Origin: a virus
Lineage: Duplodnaviria > Caudoviricetes
Virus record (IMG/VR): IMGVR_UViG_3300031110_000007
Location: 2,472 to 66,471 of that record
DNA length: 64,000 nucleotides
Reading direction: 5' to 3' (one strand)
The notes under the pieces are model-generated. The model saw nothing but the letters and a program-made list of their open reading frames with translations. It ran no database searches and was not told where the DNA came from. A program made the position numbers and the translations under genes. Shown one piece after another: positions 8,009 through 15,627 of this stretch; the stretch's first letter is position 1, and each line of letters begins with the position of its first letter.

Positions 8009-8029
8009 ATTTTTGTATTTAAATTATTC

Positions 8030-8047
8030 GTATATTTGCAAATATAC
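8030..8047. promoter_or_regulatory. Perfect 18-bp palindrome formed by two back-to-back -7 boxes (bidirectional promoter)
   Basis: gtatatttgcaaatatac contains TATATTTG on both strands, between divergent starts at 8008 and 8061. Confidence 0.75.
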
Positions 8048-8060
8048 AAAAATAAATACT

Positions 8061-8705
8061 ATGAGCATTATTAAAGATGGAAGTAATGAGACCTTGTTTG
8101 AGGCTGATACATTACAATACAGAAAAGGTATGTATGAGTTACACTACTCCCAAGATAAAGATTCAAATAAGTTGATTGGGATTAGGAATATACATAATCA
8201 AGACCCGATTGTACAACCACAATTACCTAATTCATACACGGTAAATGGAGCTGTTACAACAGACATTAAAGCTTTAGCAACTACTTTAAGTGTAGTATTG
8301 GGTTTTAAGGGGGTCAGTGGTGGGATTACTGAGGAAACTGACCCAGTGTATAACGCATCAGTAGCGAAAAATATGACACAAGGTATGTTGGATTACCTTA
8401 TGATAGCAGGGTTTCAGAATAACTTTATTACAACTGGTTCTTATAATTTGGTTGCGGATAAAAATGTTATAATGGTTACATTAAAGGTAGGTGCTAATAC
8501 TATTCAATTACCATCTGTAGCAGTTGACCCGGGTAAAATTATAATCATTGTTAATACTTCAGGTAATGAATGCACTATAAAAAGTACAACTGATGACGGA
8601 TCAATAATTTGGGATGGTGGTACTTTGTCTTCCTCAATTACTTTACCAAACGGAAGTAAAACAATTTTACTAGATAACACTGAAAACTACGTAGTAATTA
8701 TATGA
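8061..8705 (+). CDS. Putative structural/tail-associated protein
   Basis: Start reassigned to ATG 8061 downstream of the promoter; lies at the head of the tail-fibre cluster. Confidence 0.6.
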   Translation: MSIIKDGSNETLFEADTLQYRKGMYELHYSQDKDSNKLIGIRNIHNQDPIVQPQLPNSYTVNGAVTTDIKALATTLSVVLGFKGVSGGITEETDPVYNASVAKNMTQGMLDYLMIAGFQNNFITTGSYNLVADKNVIMVTLKVGANTIQLPSVAVDPGKIIIIVNTSGNECTIKSTTDDGSIIWDGGTLSSSITLPNGSKTILLDNTENYVVII

Positions 8706-9898
8706 TAAACAAAATATGTATATTTATAGCAATTGTTGTATCAACAGTATGTTATAGCCAATCAGCTAGTAAAGTAAATAACGCTCAAAATGTTCCGGTA
8801 TCGGTTGCAAATCCTCCTTTCTTTTTAGGTGCTGACCCTGCGCCTGATGGAATAATAAGGAAATATATTGTAGGTGATATTAGGTTTGGTACTAATCAAA
8901 TAACAGGTTTAGATACATTTATACAGACTACAGGTAATAGTTTATGGCAGCCTTTGTTAGGATATGTTCCTGTAACAAATATGAGGACTTTAACTATAAA
9001 TGGTGTTACTTATGATCTTTCGGTAAACAGGACTTGGAATATTGCATTTAATAGTTTGATTGATAGGCCTACGAGTTTAAGTGGATATGGTATAACAGAT
9101 GCTTATCCTTTGGTAGGTAATCCTTCCGGATTCTTAACAACACTTCCGGAGATTAAGTGGGTTGATGTAACAGGTAAACCTGTTATATATTCTTTCACAG
9201 GTTTGTCTACACAATATACTAAAGGTGATGGTACATATGCAACATTCCCTACAAGTGTATCTAGTTTTACAAATGATAGTGGTTATGTCACAGGGTCATC
9301 TTTAACAACAACATTGTTAAATTATTCTACTACAGCAGCATTAACTACAGGGTTAGGTACTAAAGAGGGTGTTATAGCAGCAGGTTCTACAGGCCAGTAT
9401 TGGAGGGGTGATAAAACGTTTGTTACATTAAACACGAGTGTAGTTCCGGAGTCAGGTAATTTGTACTATACTGATACAAGAGCTAGAGCAAGTAACTCGG
9501 CCGGAGTAGGTATTAACTACAATGCTACTACAGGAGTTATAACAAACTCTGCACCTGATCAGGCTGTAAGTTTAACAGGTTCAGGTGGAATAAATATTAC
9601 AGGTACTTATCCTAATTTTATCATTTCATACCCCGCTGTTAAAAGACAAGAGCCTTACTCAGGTGTTAGTAATGCTAGTGGGGTTTATACAATAACATAC
9701 ACTACACCATTTGCAGTTACACCAAATGTACAGTTTCAAGTTATTGGTGGTACAGCAAGGACTGTAATAATGATAACATCTTCATCTACTACAGGCTGTA
9801 GTTTCTTAGTTCAGACTAGGAATGATGTATTAGGTTTGTTACCAACATACAGTAATGTTGTAGGAGCTAATATAGATATTTTAGTAACAGAAAAATAA
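8702..9898 (+). CDS. Tail-fibre-like protein with N-terminal signal-peptide-like sequence
   Basis: Motifs RTLTING, YGITDAY, QYWRGDKT, NLYYTDTRAR; T/G/S-rich; N-terminus MINKICIFIAIVVSTVCYSQ. Confidence 0.65.
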   Translation: MINKICIFIAIVVSTVCYSQSASKVNNAQNVPVSVANPPFFLGADPAPDGIIRKYIVGDIRFGTNQITGLDTFIQTTGNSLWQPLLGYVPVTNMRTLTINGVTYDLSVNRTWNIAFNSLIDRPTSLSGYGITDAYPLVGNPSGFLTTLPEIKWVDVTGKPVIYSFTGLSTQYTKGDGTYATFPTSVSSFTNDSGYVTGSSLTTTLLNYSTTAALTTGLGTKEGVIAAGSTGQYWRGDKTFVTLNTSVVPESGNLYYTDTRARASNSAGVGINYNATTGVITNSAPDQAVSLTGSGGINITGTYPNFIISYPAVKRQEPYSGVSNASGVYTITYTTPFAVTPNVQFQVIGGTARTVIMITSSSTTGCSFLVQTRNDVLGLLPTYSNVVGANIDILVTEK

Positions 9899-9904
9899 AA
9901 TAGT

Positions 9905-10186
9905 ATGGCAAGAATAAATAAAACAAGTATTTACCCGGTATCAACAAATTATGATGGCGGAATTGTTATAGGCTCTGATACTGACAATAATGGCAAAACC
10001 GTTAATTACAGTTTAGATGGGCTTAAAGAGTTTTTTGGTACGGGTAAAGAAGGTAAATCAGCCTATGAGGTTTGGCTATCTGATGGTAACGTAGGTACAG
10101 TTGATGACTATTTAGCATCATTAAAAGGAGAAAAAGGTGATAGCGGTACAGCTATTTTAATGTATAACGATATATTTGATATTTAA
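9905..10186 (+). CDS. Short tail-fibre N-terminal/adaptor-like protein
   Basis: GKSAYEVWL...GTVDDYLASLKGEKGD collagen-like fibre motif. Confidence 0.6.
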   Translation: MARINKTSIYPVSTNYDGGIVIGSDTDNNGKTVNYSLDGLKEFFGTGKEGKSAYEVWLSDGNVGTVDDYLASLKGEKGDSGTAILMYNDIFDI

Positions 10187-10187
10187 T

Positions 10188-12569
10188 ATGAGTGTAGCAG
10201 ATGATATTTTACAGTTAATAGATAAAACGTCAGGAGTTGGCGTTACATATAGGGAAACAACTACATGGTACGATGGTACACCTATGGATGATTCTAAGAG
10301 AGACCCTACTGTATTTGTAAAGAAAGACGGTATTTTCTATAAGAGGACTTTTGATGAATTAGATTCTAAAAATCTAATAAAAGACAACATGCAGGCATTA
10401 AGAGACTTAGCACCTTATGAGATCCTTATGCTTAAGATGGGTGTTTATGAAAGCGTTGAGGTACAGGGGTATTTAACAAAAGGTGACATACCAAAACCTG
10501 TTGTGTTCAAGATAGCAAACCCTACCACTAATACTGAGGGGTTTGAGGTTGTAGATGTATTAGATATAAAACTAGTCTCAGAGTTTACGGTTACTAAACA
10601 ATCTACATTGCCTTTGGCTGACACTAGTTGGAGAGTTGTTTATGATGTAACATGTCCTGAGAGAGGGGATACAAACTTAGACACTTCTACTTTAGAGTTT
10701 AGGGATTATGTCAACATTAAAGGTACTATAAATGTTCATGAGCTTCAAGAGCCTTTAACAATAAGGGTTAACACTGATAGGCCTTCATATGGTCAAAGGC
10801 CTCTTAAGAGTGTTAAATTTAATTTCATTGTTGCCGGATGGAGAGAGTTTTATAAAATTGATGAAGCTTACTTACACTTGTCTGAGCCTCCACAGCCTCT
10901 TGTAGGTAGTTTGGATAGAGACTTGATAAGGGTTGTTAAAGTAAGTAGACTAAGGTATCAACTACAAGTAAGACAAGATTATCAAAACTCTGTTGTAATC
11001 CCTACAACAGATTATGAAAGGAAGTCAACAGGTAGTGTTATAAACTATTTAAAGGATGCGTTAAATACTATTGTATCTCCAAACGTAGTTAAAAACTCTT
11101 ATAACTATGATCAATGGTCAGAGAGTATATCTTGGTTAAATGTTTATGATAAACCGGAAGGTAAAGCAGTATTCCCTATAAAAAATGATCAAAAATTAAA
11201 CATAGCTTTACAGGAGATACCTGATACAACACCTGTTATAACTAGGACAGGAGTTTATAGGGAGACTAATTATGCTACTCCTCTTACTTTTGGTTGGGGA
11301 ACAAGAACAACAGGAGAGACTGATGGTATAACGGCTGAGACTATTCCTAATAGTACAAGGCAGTTTTTAAGGTTTAGATTAAGACCGGGACAAGTTAACG
11401 TACCTCAAAGATCAGAGCTAAGTACTGTATCGCCTGTTACACCAATACAAGGGGTAACTAATGTAAGATGGTTTAGTGGTATGTTAAGGCTTCCTGAGAC
11501 TTTAAAAGTTGCTAAAGGTAACAGTTTCATTGTTATTCAAATGTTACCGGAAGACACGCCAGTAGGTAGAGAACCTTGTGTTGCTTTATACGTTAGGGAT
11601 GGTCATTTGGTTTTAGAGAGTAGGAATAATACTAGAGGTACTACAGGTGATTTATCAGGTGATGGTGGTATAAATGTAAGGCCTACAATTAAGTATAAGA
11701 AGTGGGATTTAGGTCCTGTAAATTTAGGTAGTTGGGATAAGATAATTATAAAAGCAGAATTTAGTTGGACTAATAGTGGTAAGCTACAACTTTGGAGAAA
11801 TGACGAATTGTTAGTTGATTCTACAGGTCCTAACTGTTGGTATGACCCGGGTAAGAATACACCTTTTGTTAAGTTTGGTATATACAATCCATTATGGTCA
11901 TCTACAGCAGATGATAACCTAGATTCTTCATATAATATTCAAGTAGATTGGTGTGACCCTATGTGGGGAGGATATGAAGCAACATACCTTAGTATGACTC
12001 CTTATAATGTAACAAACTATAGGGGACTAAGAATAAACGTTGATGCTGATTTGGTTAACTCTAAATCATATCAACAAAATGGAGCTGTTATAGCTACTTA
12101 TCCTGCTGTTCCTTCGTTACAGACGGTTGATGTTGCTACTATAATAACTACAGGTAATTATGGTATTAATGCAGCATCAACTAATTTACCTATAGCATCT
12201 AGTGGTAACTTAATGGTTTTCAGGTGTTCAAATGGGACTATTGTTCATATCTTTGTTCCTAATACCGGAGCACAGTTTTACTTTAACACTAGAAGTGGTG
12301 GAGTATGGGTAGGATGGAGAAACTTATTAGCTAACGCTACACCTTCTTTAAGAGGTTTGGTAAATCAAACCGTGCAAGTACCTAAAGTAATTGCAGATGA
12401 TGCAGTACAATCAACTGTAGCAGATGCAACAGACTTACCTACGGCTATAGCATTGGTTAATGATTTAAAAACAAAGTATAACAGTTTAGTTATATTAGCA
12501 AACTCTAATAAGAGACAGTTAAATGCTAAATTGGATGGTGATGTGGCATCAAATCAACAAGTTACATAA
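10188..12569 (+). CDS. Receptor-binding tail protein with polysaccharide-lyase-like beta-jelly-roll and pyocin-knob-like domain
   Basis: RSEL...RWFSGMLRLP...GKLQLWRND...PFVKFGIY lyase-like pattern; TTGNYGI...IFVP...FYFNTR...WVGWRNL knob; C-terminal ADATDLPTAIALVNDLK. Confidence 0.7.
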   Translation: MSVADDILQLIDKTSGVGVTYRETTTWYDGTPMDDSKRDPTVFVKKDGIFYKRTFDELDSKNLIKDNMQALRDLAPYEILMLKMGVYESVEVQGYLTKGDIPKPVVFKIANPTTNTEGFEVVDVLDIKLVSEFTVTKQSTLPLADTSWRVVYDVTCPERGDTNLDTSTLEFRDYVNIKGTINVHELQEPLTIRVNTDRPSYGQRPLKSVKFNFIVAGWREFYKIDEAYLHLSEPPQPLVGSLDRDLIRVVKVSRLRYQLQVRQDYQNSVVIPTTDYERKSTGSVINYLKDALNTIVSPNVVKNSYNYDQWSESISWLNVYDKPEGKAVFPIKNDQKLNIALQEIPDTTPVITRTGVYRETNYATPLTFGWGTRTTGETDGITAETIPNSTRQFLRFRLRPGQVNVPQRSELSTVSPVTPIQGVTNVRWFSGMLRLPETLKVAKGNSFIVIQMLPEDTPVGREPCVALYVRDGHLVLESRNNTRGTTGDLSGDGGINVRPTIKYKKWDLGPVNLGSWDKIIIKAEFSWTNSGKLQLWRNDELLVDSTGPNCWYDPGKNTPFVKFGIYNPLWSSTADDNLDSSYNIQVDWCDPMWGGYEATYLSMTPYNVTNYRGLRINVDADLVNSKSYQQNGAVIATYPAVPSLQTVDVATIITTGNYGINAASTNLPIASSGNLMVFRCSNGTIVHIFVPNTGAQFYFNTRSGGVWVGWRNLLANATPSLRGLVNQTVQVPKVIADDAVQSTVADATDLPTAIALVNDLKTKYNSLVILANSNKRQLNAKLDGDVASNQQVT

Positions 12570-12578
12570 TCACATAAG

Positions 12579-12621
12579 GGAACACCGTGTTTTTACGGTG
12601 TTCCTATTTTTTGTATATTTG
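12579..12621 (+). terminator. Intrinsic terminator whose T-tract runs into the lysis-cassette -7 box (TATATTTG 12614-12621)
   Basis: ggaacaccgt-gttttt-acggtgttcc then tattttttg TATATTTG. Confidence 0.8.
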
Positions 12622-12645
12622 CAAAGGATAATTAAAAAATTTAAT

Positions 12646-13197
12646 ATGGCGTGTTTTATTAGTGCAGGGCACAACCCTAAAGGAGTTAAAGTAGACCCCG
12701 GAGCAGTGGGTAACGGATACAGAGAGGCAGATTTAACTGTTGAATTTAGAGATTTAGTAATTGCTGAATGTCTTAAATTGGGATTGAAAGTAATTTCAGA
12801 TCGTGATGATGAGACTTTAGCACAATACTTAGGTAGGATTAAACCGGGTAGTGGTTCTGTTGTATTAGAATTTCATTTTGATGCAGCAGCTTCCCTAACA
12901 GCTACAGGTTCTACAGCAATTATATCAGGTACACCTTCTCAGAATAGTAGGAATTTTGCAAAAGAATTGGTAAATACTACATCTAATACTTTATGTATCA
13001 AGAATCGTGGTGTTATTACTGAGGCAGATTCTCATAGAGGTAGGTTAGGTCTGATGAGGAAAGAAGGAATTGTTGCTTTATTGGAGATTGGATTTATTTC
13101 TAACAAGTCTGATATAGAGGCTTATAAGAAGTATAAAGAAGAGTTGGCCAAGCAGGTCGCTAAAATTGTAGAAAAGTATGAACTTTTAATCGACTAA
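12646..13197 (+). CDS. Endolysin, N-acetylmuramoyl-L-alanine amidase (Amidase_3 type)
   Basis: ISAGH...E...LEFHFDA...LLEIGFISN zinc-amidase motifs; start reassigned to ATG 12646 after the promoter. Confidence 0.9.
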   Translation: MACFISAGHNPKGVKVDPGAVGNGYREADLTVEFRDLVIAECLKLGLKVISDRDDETLAQYLGRIKPGSGSVVLEFHFDAAASLTATGSTAIISGTPSQNSRNFAKELVNTTSNTLCIKNRGVITEADSHRGRLGLMRKEGIVALLEIGFISNKSDIEAYKKYKEELAKQVAKIVEKYELLID

Positions 13198-13199
13198 CC

Positions 13200-13499
13200 A
13201 TGATAGACAAAGACGGAGAATTTTATAAACTAGGATTTTACTTATCAGCAGCTTTAACGGCTAGCTTGATTAAGTTTATCAGGAGTAAGCAAAAGTCATG
13301 GACTTCTCTTTTTTTAGAGGTCTTGATAGGGGCATCCATAGCAATATTTCTTATACCTATGGTTGTTGAGCATTTTGGGCTTAGTTTAAGTTTTGGAACT
13401 GGGTTAACTTGGTTCACAACAATTTTTTCTAAGGAAGTTTTAGAGAAAGTCAAAGTTAAATTACTAAATAAAATAGATGATACAACTATTAATGGTTAG
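13200..13499 (+). CDS. Putative holin
   Basis: 99 aa, 2-3 hydrophobic segments, charged C-terminus, directly after the endolysin. Confidence 0.75.
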   Translation: MIDKDGEFYKLGFYLSAALTASLIKFIRSKQKSWTSLFLEVLIGASIAIFLIPMVVEHFGLSLSFGTGLTWFTTIFSKEVLEKVKVKLLNKIDDTTING

Positions 13500-14178
13500 A
13501 AAATTTGTTTGGGGGAATTGGAAATGGGTTCTCCCAACATTTTTGTTTATAGGGGCTTTGTTATATCATTATAACTACAAGCCGGAGACGATTATAAAAC
13601 CTGTTATTGTTGACCCAAACACAACCAAAGTTAAATTAAAAGATGGTGGAGGGGTTCAGATAAAGGTGAGTACGCCTGATACAAAAACGCCTTACGAGGC
13701 AGGATTTAGCAAGGCATACATAAATGATACTATTACTAAGATTTTAAAGATTAAAGAGAAAGATATAAAATCTATAAATAAGATTAACGCTACGTTTATA
13801 GATTCATTAAAATTAGTAAAAGAGGAAAGGGATGAGAGCAATAGAATGGTTCGTTATTACGAGTCCCGTGATAATAAAGGTAATATCGTGGGTAATGGTA
13901 AAGTCACAGATGGCAGCGATATGGTATATAAAGGTAACGTCAACTTAACAAGTGTTGTAAAGTCAGGTAAGGTTGATTCATTAAAGTTTTACGACCCTAC
14001 AGGAAGGTTTACTGTAAACAATTCTAGGGAGTTTAATTATGCATTAGAGCCAAAGAAAATAAAACGTAAATTAACCTTCTCAGCACAAACAGGAACAGGT
14101 GTAGTTGTACCTAATTTTGAAACTAAAAAAGCATCATTAGGTTACTACGCAGGATTTGGTTTATCTTACAATTTCTGA
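13477..14178 (+). CDS. Putative spanin-like lysis protein
   Basis: N-terminal TM segment, C-terminal beta-strands ending GFGLSYNF; third gene of the lysis cassette. Confidence 0.5.
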   Translation: MIQLLMVRKFVWGNWKWVLPTFLFIGALLYHYNYKPETIIKPVIVDPNTTKVKLKDGGGVQIKVSTPDTKTPYEAGFSKAYINDTITKILKIKEKDIKSINKINATFIDSLKLVKEERDESNRMVRYYESRDNKGNIVGNGKVTDGSDMVYKGNVNLTSVVKSGKVDSLKFYDPTGRFTVNNSREFNYALEPKKIKRKLTFSAQTGTGVVVPNFETKKASLGYYAGFGLSYNF

Positions 14179-14226
14179 CGTACCAATAAAAATACTATTT
14201 TTGTATAACAATTTAAATTAAAAAGA

Positions 14227-14475
14227 ATGGCAACAATCAGAAAAATTTCAGTGGGTAACGGACACCCTGCATCAATGATGCACTACCAAGTAGGTAGTAA
14301 GTCCAACTTAAGTGGTAAAGTTTATGAGATAGTTTCAATAACACAAGACAACGAACTATTCTCTAGGGGTTCAACAGGATATAATATTTATATCAAAGAT
14401 GAGCATTCAGTTGTTTTATGGAAAACACTGATCAATGTTCCGGTAGTAGTTGAATTTAACATAGACTTTGAATAG
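14227..14475 (+). CDS. Hypothetical protein
   Basis: 82-aa ORF; upstream TATTTTTG at 14196-14203. Confidence 0.75.
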   Translation: MATIRKISVGNGHPASMMHYQVGSKSNLSGKVYEIVSITQDNELFSRGSTGYNIYIKDEHSVVLWKTLINVPVVVEFNIDFE

Positions 14476-14476
14476 T

Positions 14477-15061
14477 ATGAGGACACACGGATATGTTATT
14501 GTAGAGGTTGATGAATCATACATCAATGAGGTTGAAGTTGCAGGAGGTCTAAAACTGACAGTAAACACAACTATAGAAAGCATTGAGCATATTAATAGAA
14601 AGGCAAGAATTATTTCAGCTCCTGCCTTTACTCCTTTAAAAGAGGGGGATTATATTATTATGCATCACAACATTTGTAGGTTAAGGAATGGGGTTAAAGG
14701 TGAGTTGATTAGGAGTAATTACCACTTAAAAGAGAATCAGTATTTTGTTCCACTTACAGAAATTTTCATGTATAAAAGACCTGACGAGTATTGGGAGGCT
14801 TTAGCGCCTTTTGTTTTTGTAAAACCAATCGTACACGAAGGCATAAAAAGTTCTTTACATATTATAGATAGTACAGCAGCTCATAACGGCATGGTTCGAA
14901 ACATAGGGTACATTAAGTATGGGAACAAGCTGTTAGATGACTACGGGTTTGTTAAAGGAGATAAAATTTTGTTTTCAAATGATAGTGAATATGAGTTTTG
15001 TATAGAAGGTGAGTTATTATACAAAATGTCATTTAAAGATATTTTAGGTAAATTTGAGTAG
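14477..15061 (+). CDS. GroES-like co-chaperonin (possibly two GroES-type domains)
   Basis: ARIISAP...LKEGDYIIMHHN and GYIKYG...VKGDKILF...EYEF.IEGELLY patterns. Confidence 0.55.
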   Translation: MRTHGYVIVEVDESYINEVEVAGGLKLTVNTTIESIEHINRKARIISAPAFTPLKEGDYIIMHHNICRLRNGVKGELIRSNYHLKENQYFVPLTEIFMYKRPDEYWEALAPFVFVKPIVHEGIKSSLHIIDSTAAHNGMVRNIGYIKYGNKLLDDYGFVKGDKILFSNDSEYEFCIEGELLYKMSFKDILGKFE

Positions 15062-15062
15062 T

Positions 15063-15623
15063 ATGGCATTAGTTTATATACATAAAAAACTTACAGATAA
15101 TAGTATATACTATGTTGGTATTAGTAAAAATGAAAAGAGGGCGTATAATAAATGGGGTAGAAGTAATATTTGGAAAAGGTACTATGCTAAATACGGACTA
15201 AAAGTTGATATAATATGTAAAGATATCAGTCTTGATGAAGCAAAAAAGATAGAAATATTTTTAATAAAAAGTTATGGTAGGATTGACAATAATACAGGCA
15301 TACTTTGTAATATGACAGATGGTGGTGATGGTGCTACATCTAGGGTCATAACAGATGAATATAGACGTATGTTAATTGATAATTATAAGCCTAGAAAACC
15401 TAGAATTGGATATAAACACAGTGAATATACTAAGAGTAAAATAGGGGAATCTAATAGTAAATGTGTTATACAATTTGACTTAAAAGGAATTATGTTAAGT
15501 ATGTATGATTCTTTAGCAGATGCTTATAGGATAACAGGTGTAAGGCAAGGTAATATTTACTCTGTATGTATAGGTGACAGGAATACAGCAGGAGGATTTA
15601 AGTGGAAATATAACAAAATATAA
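15063..15623 (+). CDS. Free-standing GIY-YIG homing endonuclease with NUMOD1-like C-terminus
   Basis: VYIHKK...YYVGIS...RAY; NMTDGGDG; VIQFDLKG...YDSLADA...C.G...TAGGFKWKY. Confidence 0.85.
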   Translation: MALVYIHKKLTDNSIYYVGISKNEKRAYNKWGRSNIWKRYYAKYGLKVDIICKDISLDEAKKIEIFLIKSYGRIDNNTGILCNMTDGGDGATSRVITDEYRRMLIDNYKPRKPRIGYKHSEYTKSKIGESNSKCVIQFDLKGIMLSMYDSLADAYRITGVRQGNIYSVCIGDRNTAGGFKWKYNKI

Positions 15624-15627
15624 TACT

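Noticed and set aside
8702-12569. Diversity-generating retroelement acting on tail fibres
   Set aside because: No reverse transcriptase and no template/variable repeat pair found
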